DNA from: Geopsychrobacteraceae bacterium
GTDB taxonomy: Bacteria > Desulfobacterota > Desulfuromonadia > Desulfuromonadales > Geopsychrobacteraceae
NCBI GenBank assembly: GCA_963676795.2
Contig: CAXXTB010000002.1
Span: 736,001 to 800,000 of the forward strand
Length of the DNA stretch: 64,000 nucleotides
Direction of reading: 5' to 3'
Every line of letters starts with the position of its first letter. Within the stretch, counting starts at the first letter, position 1. Below, one piece after another: positions 9,751 through 21,293 of this stretch. The position numbers were made by a program, and so were the translations under genes. Below the pieces are notes generated by a model that did not search any database, was not told the DNA's origin, and was given only the letters and a program-made list of their open reading frames with translations.

Positions 9751-10965
9751 ATGGAAGCTTCTGTGGATGCTCTGCGCCATAGCGGGGATGTGCTGTTTTT
9801 GCTCTTGGGGGCTGTCATGGTTTTCGCCATGCACGCCGGTTTTGCTTTTCTCGAGGTTGGAACTGTCCGCCGCAAAAGTCAGGTCAACGCATTTGTAAAA
9901 ATTCTCTCCGACTGGTCGGTTTCGACAGTTGTCTATTTTCTGGTTGGTTATCCGATCTCCTACGGTGTTCATTTCTTTGTTTCCGCCAATGATCTGCTCG
10001 GCGGCAATCAGGGGTATGAGCTTGTCCGTTTCTTCTTTCTGCTCTGTTTTGCCGCCTGTATTCCTGCCATTATTTCCGGTGGTATTGCCGAGCGTGCCAA
10101 ATTCTGGCCGCAGGTTCTCGCCGGAGCCATCTTTGCCGGGATTTCGTATCCGATCTTTGAATCGCTGATCTGGGGTCAGAACAGTGGCGCTCTGCAGGGC
10201 TTTTTTGAGTCAACTTTCGGGGCCCAGTTTCATGACTTTGCCGGGAGTGTTGTTGTGCACTCTCTTGGCGGTTGGCTGGCGCTGCCGGCTGTTCTGGTCC
10301 TCGGTCCACGGATGGGGCGCTTCGTCCGGGGCCGCAGCCAGGCGATTCCGATCAGCAATATTCCGTTTCTTGCCCTCGGCAGCTGGATTCTCGCGGTCGG
10401 CTGGTTTGGCTTCAACGTGATGAGTGCCCAGAGCCTTGAAGGGGTTTCGGGACTGGTTGCCGTCAACTCACTGGCCGCCATGGTCGGTGGGGTGCTTTTT
10501 GCTCTGGTTGCCAGCCGCAATGACCCCGGCTTTGTTCACAACGGTGCCCTGGCCGGTCTGATCGCCGTCTGTGCCGGTTCCGACCTGATGCATCCGATCG
10601 GTTCATTTTTTGTCGGCGGTATCGGCTCACTGATCTTCGTTTACGGCTTCCAGATTGAACAGGAAAAACTGAAGATTGACGATGTTCTCGGTGTCTGGCC
10701 ACTGCACGGGGTCGTCGGTACCTGGGGCGGCATTGCTGCCGGAATCTTCGGTCTGGAGTCGTTGGGCGGCCTGGGTGGCGTCTCCTTCATCAGCCAGTTG
10801 GCAGGATCTGTCATGGCTCTGGTTTACGCCCTGGTTACCGGTTTTGTCGTCTATAAGGTCATTGACAAGGTCAAGGGGATTCGTCTGGATGACGAACAGG
10901 AGTTCAGTGGTCCTGACCTAAGTATCCACCAGGTCAATGCTTATCCGGAAGAGACGGTTAAGTGA
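9751..10965 (+). CDS. amtB: Ammonium transporter
   Basis: MHAGFAFLE, ISGGIAER, DFAGSVVVH, GWFGFN, DDVLGVWPLHG; GAGGAGG RBS. Confidence 0.93.
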   Translation: MEASVDALRHSGDVLFLLLGAVMVFAMHAGFAFLEVGTVRRKSQVNAFVKILSDWSVSTVVYFLVGYPISYGVHFFVSANDLLGGNQGYELVRFFFLLCFAACIPAIISGGIAERAKFWPQVLAGAIFAGISYPIFESLIWGQNSGALQGFFESTFGAQFHDFAGSVVVHSLGGWLALPAVLVLGPRMGRFVRGRSQAIPISNIPFLALGSWILAVGWFGFNVMSAQSLEGVSGLVAVNSLAAMVGGVLFALVASRNDPGFVHNGALAGLIAVCAGSDLMHPIGSFFVGGIGSLIFVYGFQIEQEKLKIDDVLGVWPLHGVVGTWGGIAAGIFGLESLGGLGGVSFISQLAGSVMALVYALVTGFVVYKVIDKVKGIRLDDEQEFSGPDLSIHQVNAYPEETVK

Positions 10966-11014
10966 AATTAATTTTAGGGTGAATTGACGTCTCGTGTTTA
11001 CATAGTAGACTTCA

Positions 11015-11099
11015 GATAACTCGTTATTTGCAGGGGGCTGTGGCAACCCTCTGTTTTCCCCTGGACGTCCTATCCCTCCTGGACTCCAGGGTTTTTTTT
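11015..11099 (+). ncRNA. Candidate sRNA with anti-Shine-Dalgarno loop
   Basis: TTGACG-16-TAGACT at 10984-11011; terminal hairpin 11059-11091 with TATCCCTCCT loop, then T8. Confidence 0.5.
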
Positions 11100-11103
11100 G
11101 TCC

Positions 11104-11180
11104 GCTGTCAAAGTCAGTTACTGACTTTGACATAATTCGATTCTGCCCGTTGATGCGCTTGCGCATCTTGGGCGCGTTCC
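11104..11180 (-). repeat. Structured double-hairpin repeat (inverted copy of 478-551)
   Basis: ctttgacataattcgattctgcccgttgatg vs ctttggcataattcggttctgcccgttgatg. Confidence 0.75.
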
Positions 11181-11330
11181 GTCTTGCTGGTTTGAGCCGT
11201 CAGAAGAAGGCACAAGTGGCTTAGGTCCTCCCTGTGTCAGGATAGATGTCGCCTCTCTTTGATATTCTTTGAGTAAACCCGAGGGGCTGAAAGTGAGACC
11301 GAAATGAGTCAATATCAGTTTTTTAAGATC

Positions 11331-11404
11331 AAATGCTCGGGGTCGCGCCCCGCACGGCGCCTTACTCTTTTGTCTTGCCACAAAAGAGTAAGCAGAAAAG
11401 GGCA
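11331..11404 (+). repeat. Palindromic repeat, 'B-end' copy
   Basis: gccttactcttt...aaaagagtaagcagaaaag shared with 27560, 29110, 31128, 31245 and 33657. Confidence 0.85.
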
Positions 11405-11550
11405 GATAAAAGCTGACGATTGTTGATCGGGTTTTCTTCGTGGCGTCACACCAGCATCTGACTGAGTGCCCGACGATGAGCTGGGCTCATCTGATGGGCA
11501 GAACCGGAAAAACTCCACGATGCGGAGTTTTGATTGGGATTGAAAATGGC

Positions 11551-11580
11551 AAAAGGCCCGGTAAATACCAGGCCTTTTTG
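11551..11580 (-). terminator. Probable bidirectional terminator after Rrf2 gene
   Basis: aaaaggcc...ggcctttt hairpin. Confidence 0.55.
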
Positions 11581-11606
11581 ATGGAGATGTTCGCGCCCTG
11601 CGATGT

Positions 11607-12050
11607 TTAGCAGGCTTTGCAGGTTCTGAGTTTTTCCAGCTTTTGCTGCTGGCGCCTGGCCAGATCGCCGATTGAATGGCGTTTCAGAACCGTTGCCATG
11701 GCTGTCTGGGCTTCGTCCCAGGCTTCATGGGCGGCACAATAGCTGTCGCGTTCGCAGCTGTGAGAGTCGAGCAGGCAATGGTTCAGTTTCAGGGTTCCTT
11801 CCTCTGCCTGAAGGATGTCGAGCAGGGTGATCTCGTCAGCTGATTTGGCCAGTAGAAATCCGCCACCAACGCCCCGCTGGGAACTGACAATACCCGCCTT
11901 GATCAGCGGCTGGAGTATTTTGGTCAGAAAGGCCGGCGTAATATCCTGGGTTTTACAGATATCCTTCTTCAGGACAATGTCGCCGGGGGGCTGTTGGGCA
12001 AGATAAATAACTGTTCGGACGGCATATTCGGTAGCGCGTGTTATGACCAC
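11607..12050 (-). CDS. Rrf2 family transcriptional regulator
   Basis: ITRATEYAVR, SQRGVGGGFLL, C-terminal C-x6-C-x5-C. Confidence 0.92.
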   Translation of the reverse strand: MVITRATEYAVRTVIYLAQQPPGDIVLKKDICKTQDITPAFLTKILQPLIKAGIVSSQRGVGGGFLLAKSADEITLLDILQAEEGTLKLNHCLLDSHSCERDSYCAAHEAWDEAQTAMATVLKRHSIGDLARRQQQKLEKLRTCKAC

Positions 12051-12217
12051 TTGTCTGACTCCTTCATTGAATCTTTACTTTATGGGTTATGAATACACCG
12101 AAGATCAGATGATGTCAATCTTCAGTTATGTTTCCCCGCAGAAAGGTGCTTGACAAGACCAGGCACTCGACTCATTCTCTAATGAATCAATCAAACTGCT
12201 ACTTATGTATGGCTATG

Positions 12218-13144
12218 ATGTCTGATAACATTTCCCAGGATATGCCCGTCGTCGGACGTTTCGCGCCAAGCCCGACCGGTCCCATGCATTTTGGAACCCT
12301 GGTCGCGGCCTTGGGAAGCTATCTGATGGCCAGGCAGGCAGGCGGAACCTGGCGGGTCAGAATCGAAGACCTCGATCCACCGCGCGTTGTGCCCGGTGCT
12401 GCGGACCAAATGCTTTTTCTGTTGGAAGCCCTGGGGCTGACCTGGGACGGCCCGGTTGTCTGTCAGAGTCAGCGTTTCGAACGCTACCGTGAAGTTCTTG
12501 ACCTGTTGCGGGCCAAGGATCTGCTCTTTGACTGTAACTGTTCCCGCCGCGAGGTTCTGGCCAGCGCTCCGCACCGAGGCGAAGACGGACCTGTTTACCC
12601 GGGAACCTGTCGCACCGGCATGAGAGGTCGGCGTGCTGAAACGGCGGTCCGCTTGCGCGTGGCGAACCGGACGCTGTCGTTTGTTGACGTTATTTTCGGA
12701 CCACGAACGCAGAACCTCGAGACCGAACTCGGTGATTTTGTTCTTCATCGCGCTGATGGTGAGTTTGCGTATCAGCTCGCGGTTGTTGTCGATGATATGG
12801 ATGCGGGGATCACCCAGGTTGTCCGTGGGGCCGATCTGCTTGCTTCGACACCGCGTCAGATCTATCTCTACGAGTGTCTGGGAGCTGCGCTGCCGTACTA
12901 TTACCATCTGCCGCTGGCGCTTTCCGCTTCGGGCGAAAAGTTGAGTAAGAGGGATGGTCCGGCGCTCATTGTGACGCGTGAAAATGGTGCTCAGCTGATG
13001 TGGCAGGTCCTTCGCTTTCTCGGCCAGAATCCGCCGGACGAGTTGCGTCGCAGTCAGCCGCGGGAGCTTCTTGACTGGGCCCTGGCTCATTTCAGCTGTG
13101 GCGCTGTTCCGGCCGAGAACCGCTGCTTCAGTCCAAAACCGTAA
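12218..13144 (+). CDS. gluQ: Glutamyl-Q tRNA(Asp) synthetase (start uncertain)
   Basis: GRFAPSPTGPMHFG, RIEDLDPPR, CNCSR, YQLAVVVDD, KLSKR; short, no anticodon domain. Confidence 0.9.
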   Translation: MSDNISQDMPVVGRFAPSPTGPMHFGTLVAALGSYLMARQAGGTWRVRIEDLDPPRVVPGAADQMLFLLEALGLTWDGPVVCQSQRFERYREVLDLLRAKDLLFDCNCSRREVLASAPHRGEDGPVYPGTCRTGMRGRRAETAVRLRVANRTLSFVDVIFGPRTQNLETELGDFVLHRADGEFAYQLAVVVDDMDAGITQVVRGADLLASTPRQIYLYECLGAALPYYYHLPLALSASGEKLSKRDGPALIVTRENGAQLMWQVLRFLGQNPPDELRRSQPRELLDWALAHFSCGAVPAENRCFSPKP

Positions 13145-13206
13145 GATCTTTTGGTTGGGTTGTTTTATATGGAGTTGCTCACCCCTTAACGATAAGGAGA
13201 GATGAA

Positions 13207-13986
13207 ATGAAAAAGTTGCTGTTGGCCCTGCTGTTGATCCTGCCGCTCGCTGCCTGTGGGAGCGGTGTTTACAAGATCCCCAAGCAGGAATATCAGACCA
13301 AGGTCCAGGTACTTGGTGTCCTGCCGATCCTGGTTGATCGTGCCTCCGGCGTCGATTATCCCCAGGCGGAAGCGCTGTTTGATCTGGTTGAAAGATCGAC
13401 TGTGGAGAAAGAGAAGTATCTGGTCGACAAGTTGAAGGAGAAAAAAGGCTATTTCGATATCCGGCCGATTTCCCTGAACGGTGGGCTTGTCGCCATGTCG
13501 CTGATCGGCAACGGACGCAAGCATGACGCCAAGGGCTATCCGGCCGGCTATCTGTTTGATACGGCCACAGTCGTCGAGATGGCTCGGAGTCATGTTGTGG
13601 ATGCCGTGCTGATCGTTGTTCTGTCCGGTGAGAAGGTGACCGAAACCCGGCGCTCCAGAACCAAGCTGGAGAGTCTGAATACCCAGTACAGCGATATCCT
13701 GGCTACGGCCGCTGTTGTTGACCGAAGCGGCAATGTGCTGTGGCAGATGAACGGTCCTGAGGCTTATCAGTTCCTGCAGTTGCAGTATCCCGATTTCGAC
13801 GAGGCCTATTTCAACCGCACCGATTATGTCAAGGTCAAGGACATTACCATGTCCGGTTTAGAGCGGGTGTTGGCCGAAGACCCGGATCGCGATGGCGTGA
13901 GGCATCTGCCCGGGGTTTATGCCGATCTGTTCTCGGAGATCGCTGCGGGGATCAGTCCCAACCTGCTCGATGTGCTGCGTCGCTGA
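13207..13986 (+). CDS. Lipoprotein of unknown function
   Basis: Lipobox LAAC; AAGGAG RBS. Confidence 0.85.
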   Translation: MKKLLLALLLILPLAACGSGVYKIPKQEYQTKVQVLGVLPILVDRASGVDYPQAEALFDLVERSTVEKEKYLVDKLKEKKGYFDIRPISLNGGLVAMSLIGNGRKHDAKGYPAGYLFDTATVVEMARSHVVDAVLIVVLSGEKVTETRRSRTKLESLNTQYSDILATAAVVDRSGNVLWQMNGPEAYQFLQLQYPDFDEAYFNRTDYVKVKDITMSGLERVLAEDPDRDGVRHLPGVYADLFSEIAAGISPNLLDVLRR

Positions 13987-14357
13987 CCAGAATTTACTGT
14001 TGATTTCATTCTGTTTGTTGAGTACTTTTTATTTTCCAGGTTGACAGGGGATGCCAAAGCAGGTAAAAGCTTTCATACTTAACTAGTGTGTGGCTTTTGC
14101 CTGCTTTTTTTGTCCGACCTTGGCAGGTTAAGAATAAGACCCGTCAAAACCTGAACGAAATCCCGATTCCAGCTAGACATTTCATATATAAGTAAATCAG
14201 CTATCACGTATACGAGCGATTAAAATACAACGAATTTTATTCATTCCCTGATCTCTTTGTTAATATTAAACAGTTGAACAAACATTTAGCCTGGCAACCG
14301 CCCGTTGTCAGCTCTACCTGAAACCGCATTCAAGCGTGCGGGCCGGAGAGTCCATCT

Positions 14358-15605
14358 ATGAATCTGAAAGACCTTAAGCAGACAAAAATCTCTGAACTTA
14401 TTGCCCTGGGCAAAGATCTCGGCCTGGAAGAAATCGGCGGCATGCGCCGTCAGGACCTGATCTTCAACATTCTTAAAGCAACCGCTGCAAAGAAGCAGGC
14501 GATTTTTGGTGAAGGGGTTCTTGAAATTCTGCCGGACGGTTTCGGCTTCCTGCGCGCTCCCGACGCCAACTATCTGCCGGGCCCGGATGATATCTATATC
14601 TCCCCGTCGCAGATTCGCCGGTTTGCCCTGCGCACCGGTGACACCGTTGCCGGCCAGATCCGTCCGCCAAAAGAAGGGGAGCGCTACTTCGCTCTGCTCA
14701 AGGTCTCCGAGGTCAACTTCGAAGATCCGGCCAAGATGCGTGAGAAGACCTTTTTCGACAACCTGACTCCGCTCTACCCGGAAGAGCAGCTCAAGCTTGA
14801 AACCTGCTCCGACAACTACTCGACCCGGGTCATGGACCTGGTCGCGCCGATCGGTAAGGGGCAGCGCGGACTGATTGTTGCGCCGCCACGGACCGGTAAG
14901 ACCGTCCTGCTCCAGCAGATCGCCAACTCCATCTCCCAGAACCACCCGGAGGTCTACCTGATCGTCCTGCTCATCGATGAGCGTCCGGAGGAGGTCACCG
15001 ACATGCAGCGTAACGTCAACGGCGAGGTCATCTCCTCGACCTTTGACGAGCCGGCCAACCGTCACGTCCAGGTTGCCGAGATGGTTATCGAGAAGGCTCG
15101 CCGTCTGGTTGAGCATAAGCGCGATGTCGTCATTCTGCTCGACTCGATCACCCGTTTGGCCCGGGCCTACAACACCATCATCCCATCGAGCGGCAAAATC
15201 CTCTCCGGTGGTGTCGACGCCCATGCCCTGCACAAGCCGAAGCGCTTCTTCGGTGCCGCGCGTAACATTGAAGAGGGGGGCAGCCTGACCATCATCGCCA
15301 CCGCGCTGATCGATACCGGCAGCAAGATGGACGAGGTTATCTTCGAGGAGTTCAAGGGCACCGGTAATATGGAGCTCCACCTCGACCGCCGCCTGGCCGA
15401 CAAGCGGACCTTCCCGGCGATGGATATCAACCGCTCCGGTACCCGTAAGGAAGACCTGCTGGTCGATGCAACCCAGATGCAGCGCACCTGGCTGCTGCGC
15501 AAGGTGCTCTCCAGCATGAACACCGTCGACAGCATGGAGTTCCTGCTCGAGAAACTGGCCGAAACCGAATCGAATCAGCAGTTCCTTGATTCGATGAACC
15601 AGTAG
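14358..15605 (+). CDS. rho: Transcription termination factor Rho
   Basis: [48 protein letters not shown]. Confidence 0.99.
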   Translation: MNLKDLKQTKISELIALGKDLGLEEIGGMRRQDLIFNILKATAAKKQAIFGEGVLEILPDGFGFLRAPDANYLPGPDDIYISPSQIRRFALRTGDTVAGQIRPPKEGERYFALLKVSEVNFEDPAKMREKTFFDNLTPLYPEEQLKLETCSDNYSTRVMDLVAPIGKGQRGLIVAPPRTGKTVLLQQIANSISQNHPEVYLIVLLIDERPEEVTDMQRNVNGEVISSTFDEPANRHVQVAEMVIEKARRLVEHKRDVVILLDSITRLARAYNTIIPSSGKILSGGVDAHALHKPKRFFGAARNIEEGGSLTIIATALIDTGSKMDEVIFEEFKGTGNMELHLDRRLADKRTFPAMDINRSGTRKEDLLVDATQMQRTWLLRKVLSSMNTVDSMEFLLEKLAETESNQQFLDSMNQ

Positions 15606-15627
15606 TCGCCAGACTTAAAATCAAGAT

Positions 15628-15668
15628 AAAAAAAGCTGCAGATCCCTCAGGGATCTGCAGCTTTTTTT
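15628..15668 (+). terminator. Intrinsic terminator after rho
   Basis: agctgcagatccc-tca-gggatctgcagct flanked by A and T runs. Confidence 0.9.
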
Positions 15669-15822
15669 ATGCCTGTTTTCGCTCTTATCAATTCGATTGA
15701 CAAAAGCTGTAACTGGCAGTATTAGCCATGTTTGTCAGGGTTTGTTTGAGGGGCTTCGCCCTCTTTTCGTGCTGTTCCGGCCAAACCCGCTTTCTCCTGC
15801 CTTATGAGGTCTGGCAAGCTGT

Positions 15823-16437
15823 ATGTTACATCCCGATACTGAAGTGCGTTTCGTCGATCCGCTGATCGGCCATGGTGTTTTTGCAACAAAGCTCATTCCG
15901 CGCGGAACCCTGACCTGGGTTCTTGATAAGTTCGACCGGCTCTACACTGAGGCCGAGGTCCGTCAGCTCGACTTGCCCTACCAGGAGATCCTTGAGCGTT
16001 ACTGCTTCAGGAACCGGGAGGGGCGCTGGGTGTTCTGCTGGGATAATACGCGTTTCATCAATCACAGCTTCAGTGCCAATTCGATCGCCACGCCGTATGG
16101 CTGCGAGCTGGCGATCCGCGATATCCAGCCCGGCGAGCAGATCACCAACGACTACGGTTTCTTCAATATCATCGAGCCGTTTGACTGTGCTCCCGAGGAG
16201 GGCTCGCCGCGCACCCGGGTCATGCCTGACGATCTGCTGCGCTACGCCCCTTTCTGGGACGCTTTGCTGGCCAGTGCTTATCCTGATTTTGTCGCTGTAG
16301 AACAGCCCCTGCTGCGCATTCTATCGCCTGGAAGCGCCGCACTGCTGACGGCCGTAGCTCGTGGAAAAACTGCGCCGCAGTCGGTCAGCGTCAACTATTT
16401 CGCCGATCCTGTCCTCACGCAGGAGTCCTGTGTATGA
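15823..16437 (+). CDS. SET domain protein (putative lysine methyltransferase)
   Basis: IGHGVFA, RFINHS, GEQITNDYG motifs. Confidence 0.88.
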   Translation: MLHPDTEVRFVDPLIGHGVFATKLIPRGTLTWVLDKFDRLYTEAEVRQLDLPYQEILERYCFRNREGRWVFCWDNTRFINHSFSANSIATPYGCELAIRDIQPGEQITNDYGFFNIIEPFDCAPEEGSPRTRVMPDDLLRYAPFWDALLASAYPDFVAVEQPLLRILSPGSAALLTAVARGKTAPQSVSVNYFADPVLTQESCV

Positions 16438-16955
16438 TCCGCGTCATTCGCCTCACGGCAGATAATTACCCGCACCACGAGACGCAGATCATGGGCTCTG
16501 AGGAGCTGTTTCCCGAGGATATCCGTGAAACGACAGAGGCCTATCTGGATGCCCTGAACCGTGACAGGGTGCAGGCCTTTGTTTCCTTTTGCGGCCATGA
16601 ATACGCCGGTAACGTCGTCGGTTTTCCGCTCTGTTCTGAACAGAGCCGGATTCTGCGTTTTGATGAGATCGATGTCTGTCACGAGGGGCTGATCTATCTC
16701 TTCAATATCGTGGCCATGCCCGCTTTCAGCGGGATCGGCGCCGGCAAGAGTTTGCTGCATCAGTTTCTCACCAGTGCCTGGGAGGCCGGATTTGACCGGG
16801 CCGGCGGGCATTTTCGCGGCAACGGTTCCTTGAGCAATTTTCTCAAGATTGGCGGTCAGGTTCTCGGCACTTTCGACGACTGGTTCGAAACCGGCGAGAC
16901 CTACTCCTACTGTGAAATCGACCTGGCAAGAACCGTGGCGAAATGTGGTTTGTAG
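16434..16955 (+). CDS. GNAT-family acetyltransferase-like protein
   Basis: NIVAMPAFSGIGAGKSLL resembles the acetyl-CoA binding motif A; 4-nt overlap with SET gene. Confidence 0.7.
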   Translation: MIRVIRLTADNYPHHETQIMGSEELFPEDIRETTEAYLDALNRDRVQAFVSFCGHEYAGNVVGFPLCSEQSRILRFDEIDVCHEGLIYLFNIVAMPAFSGIGAGKSLLHQFLTSAWEAGFDRAGGHFRGNGSLSNFLKIGGQVLGTFDDWFETGETYSYCEIDLARTVAKCGL

Positions 16956-17064
16956 CTGGCCGGACCTCAGAAAAAACTTGCCTGGCAGGGCGAAAAGTGC
17001 TAAACAACCTTTTCGCAAAATACTATCAAGCCTGTACAAAGCCAGGCGCTAGGGAGATGACATA

Positions 17065-17268
17065 ATGAAAGAAGGAATCCATCCGTCATATCATGACATT
17101 ACCGTTCGTTGTGACTGCGGTAACACCTTTGAGACTCGTTCGACTCTGACCGAAGAGATCCATACTGAAATTTGCTCCGCTTGCCACCCATTCTACACCG
17201 GCAAGCAGAAACTGATCGATACCGCCGGTCGTATCGAGCGTTTCCGCAAAAAGTACGCCCAGAAGTAA
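17065..17268 (+). CDS. rpmE: 50S ribosomal protein L31 (Zn-binding type)
   Basis: [23 protein letters not shown]. Confidence 0.98.
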   Translation: MKEGIHPSYHDITVRCDCGNTFETRSTLTEEIHTEICSACHPFYTGKQKLIDTAGRIERFRKKYAQK

Positions 17269-17286
17269 TCGGGTAGACAGGATTCG

Positions 17287-17313
17287 AGGCGGCCCGTTGG
17301 GGCCGCCTTTTTT
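17287..17313 (+). terminator. Intrinsic terminator after rpmE
   Basis: aggcggccc...gggccgcct + T run. Confidence 0.8.
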
Positions 17314-17367
17314 GTTTCAGCCGGTTTTCCCGGCTTCACGTTTTCTGCCCTCTGTTGAAAGAGACCT

Positions 17368-18435
<1,068 letters not shown>

Positions 18436-18439
18436 TCTT

Positions 18440-19294
18440 TTGGCGGAGAGCTGGACAGTCCTGAAAATGCTGAGCTGGATGACAGATTTCTTCGGCGAAA
18501 AAGGGATCGACAATCCACGCCTCGATGCCCAGTTGATGCTGGCTCAGTTGCTCGGTCTCGACCGGATCGGGCTTTACATGCAGCATGATCGTCCTCTCGA
18601 TGCGGCGGAGCTCGACCGCTTGCGTCCGCTGGTCAGGCGCCGGGGGCAACGCGAGCCGCTGCAGTACCTGCTCGGTGAGGCCGAATTCTGGTCGCTCCCC
18701 TTCAAGGTTTCTCCGGCGGTGCTGATCCCGCGCGCTGATACGGAAATCCTCGTCGAAGAGGCTCTCAAACAGGCTGGAGAGCGTGCCGGACAGGGATCAG
18801 TGATCGATGTCGGCACCGGCAGCGGCGCCATTGCCGTCAGCCTGGCCAGCGAACTGGCCGAATGGCGGGTGACGGCCTTCGATATCTCGGGTGATGCCCT
18901 CGCGATTGCCAAAGCCAACGCCGAACTCAATCATTTGTCACAAAGAATCGATTTCTGTCAGGGAACTCTTGCCGAATTGCCTGCGGAAAAGTATGATCTG
19001 ATCGTTTCCAATCCCCCGTATATCGACGCCGATGAATGGACCGGGCTGATGCCTGAAGTCCGGGATCATGAGCCGAAGCTGGCACTGGTCGCTGCCAACA
19101 ATGGCCTTGAGTGCTATCAGTTGCTGGCAGGCCAGGCCGCCCGCTGTCTTAACCCCGGGGGCTGGCTGCTGGTGGAGATCGGGTATCAGCAGGGGGATGC
19201 GGTCATGCAGCTGTTTGCAGCTGTCGGCCTTAAGAATGTCTACCTGCGTCAGGATTATGCCGGGCAGCCGCGGGTTGTCGGCGGACAATTGTAA
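18440..19294 (+). CDS. prmC: Release factor glutamine methyltransferase
   Basis: VLIPRADTE, DVGTGSG, NPPY; follows prfA. Confidence 0.96.
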   Translation: MAESWTVLKMLSWMTDFFGEKGIDNPRLDAQLMLAQLLGLDRIGLYMQHDRPLDAAELDRLRPLVRRRGQREPLQYLLGEAEFWSLPFKVSPAVLIPRADTEILVEEALKQAGERAGQGSVIDVGTGSGAIAVSLASELAEWRVTAFDISGDALAIAKANAELNHLSQRIDFCQGTLAELPAEKYDLIVSNPPYIDADEWTGLMPEVRDHEPKLALVAANNGLECYQLLAGQAARCLNPGGWLLVEIGYQQGDAVMQLFAAVGLKNVYLRQDYAGQPRVVGGQL

Positions 19295-19359
19295 AGTGAT
19301 TTCGGCATCCCGTTCCGAGATGTCTGAAGCGTTTTTAAAAAGCTAAAGAGGGCTTTGAA

Positions 19360-20613
19360 TTGGATAAGATCGTCATTAAAGGGGGGCAGCGTCTGAACGG
19401 AGAGGTTCAGGTCAGCGGATCAAAGAACTCGGCATTGCCGCTGCTCTTTGCGACCCTGCTTGCTCCCGGGACTCATCAGATCAGCAATGTGCCTTTTCTG
19501 CGCGATATCAATACCGCAGTCAAGGTCCTTCACGAGCTCGGGGCTGTTGTGGTCCAGGGGCGCGAATATATGACCATCGATGCGACCCGGATCGAAAGTG
19601 TCCAGGCTTCTTACGACCTGGTCAAGACGATGCGTGCCTCGGTGCTGGCGCTGGGGCCGCTGTTGGCCCGTTTCGGTCATGCCCGGGTCAGTCTGCCGGG
19701 CGGCTGTGCCATCGGTGCCAGGCCGATTGATCAGCACCTTAAAGGGCTCGAGGTGCTGGGCGCGAAGATCACTCTCGATCACGGCTACGTCGAGGCGACC
19801 GCCGAGCGGCTGCGTGGCGGGACGATCACCTTCGACATGCCGACCGTCGGTGGTACCGAAAACCTGCTGATGGCTGCGGCCCTCGCCGAAGGGGAGACGC
19901 TGATCGAAAACGCGGCCCGCGAGCCGGAGATCGTTCAGTTGGCCGAGGCCCTGAATGCCATGGGCGCCAGGATTGAAGGGGCGGGAACTGCGATCATCCG
20001 CGTCAAGGGGGTCGAATCTCTGCGGCCGATGCAGTGCCGGGTCATTCCGGATCGCATCGAAGCCGGGACCTTCATGATTGCGGCAGCGATTACCGGTGGC
20101 AATGTCCTGGTCCGTGATGCTCTGGAAGACGATCTCGCCGCCCTGATCGGCAAGCTGAAAGAGGCCGGTGTCGGTGTCACGCCTGAAGCAGGCGGTCTGC
20201 GCGTCACGGGACCTGCGCAGATCGAACCGGTCGATATCCGCACCAGCGTCTTTCCCGGTTTCCCGACCGATATGCAGGCCCAGTTCATGGCTTTGATGAC
20301 CAGGGCCACGGGAACGAGTAAAATTTCGGAGACGGTTTTTGAAAACCGTTTCATGCATGTCTGTGAACTGCAGCGGATGGGCGCCAATATCCAGATCGAC
20401 GGCCACAGTGCCATTATCCGCGGCTGCGAAAGTCTGACCGGTGCGCCGGTTATGGCCACCGACCTGCGCGCCAGTGCATCCTTGATCCTGGCCGGGCTGG
20501 CGGCTGAAAATACCACGGAAGTCTCCCGTATCTACCACCTGGATCGGGGTTATGAAAATATTGAGCAGAAACTGGCAGCGTTGGGTGCGAATATCTGGCG
20601 CGAGCAGGAGTAA
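19360..20613 (+). CDS. murA: UDP-N-acetylglucosamine 1-carboxyvinyltransferase
   Basis: [28 protein letters not shown]. Confidence 0.98.
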   Translation: MDKIVIKGGQRLNGEVQVSGSKNSALPLLFATLLAPGTHQISNVPFLRDINTAVKVLHELGAVVVQGREYMTIDATRIESVQASYDLVKTMRASVLALGPLLARFGHARVSLPGGCAIGARPIDQHLKGLEVLGAKITLDHGYVEATAERLRGGTITFDMPTVGGTENLLMAAALAEGETLIENAAREPEIVQLAEALNAMGARIEGAGTAIIRVKGVESLRPMQCRVIPDRIEAGTFMIAAAITGGNVLVRDALEDDLAALIGKLKEAGVGVTPEAGGLRVTGPAQIEPVDIRTSVFPGFPTDMQAQFMALMTRATGTSKISETVFENRFMHVCELQRMGANIQIDGHSAIIRGCESLTGAPVMATDLRASASLILAGLAAENTTEVSRIYHLDRGYENIEQKLAALGANIWREQE

Positions 20614-20616
20614 AGC

Positions 20617-21279
20617 ATGAGTGACTGGATTACCTTCGCCCTGCCGAAAGGGCGGATCATGCAGGATTCGATGGAGCTGTTTAGCCAGATCGGGATTACC
20701 TGCCCTGAGATGAACGAGGAAAGCCGCAAGCTGGTTTTCGAAAACAAGGAGCAGAAGTTCCGCTTCATGGCGGTCCGCGCCACCGACGTGCCGACCTATG
20801 TCGAGTACGGCTGCGCCGACCTCGGGGTCGTCGGCAAGGACACCCTGATGGAACAGGGGAAGAACCTCTATGAGCCGCTCGATCTGAAGTTCGGTTACTG
20901 CCGCCTGGTGGTTGCCGAGCCGAAGGAGCTGAAAGAATCGGATAATCCGCTCAACTGGTCGAACATTCGTGTCGCCACCAAGTATCCCAACGTCACCGAA
21001 CGCTACTTCGCTTCAAAGGGGATTCAGGTTGAACTGATCAAGCTTTACGGTTCGATCGAGCTGGCTCCGCTGGTCGGTCTCTCGGAACGGATCGTCGACC
21101 TGGTCTCGACTGGTGGCACCTTGAAGGCCAACAATCTGGTCGAGGTCGAGACGATCGCCGAGATCACCAGCCGGCTGATTGTCAATCCGGCCAGCCTCAA
21201 GACCAAGCATCAGCGTATTAGTGCTATAATCGAAGGTCTGGAAAAAGTCATCGGTGACGAGGTCAGAATCTCATTGTAG
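20617..21279 (+). CDS. hisG: ATP phosphoribosyltransferase, short form
   Basis: ALPKGR, ATKYP, GSIELAP; 220 aa. Confidence 0.96.
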   Translation: MSDWITFALPKGRIMQDSMELFSQIGITCPEMNEESRKLVFENKEQKFRFMAVRATDVPTYVEYGCADLGVVGKDTLMEQGKNLYEPLDLKFGYCRLVVAEPKELKESDNPLNWSNIRVATKYPNVTERYFASKGIQVELIKLYGSIELAPLVGLSERIVDLVSTGGTLKANNLVEVETIAEITSRLIVNPASLKTKHQRISAIIEGLEKVIGDEVRISL

Positions 21280-21293
21280 GACGGAGTAATAGC

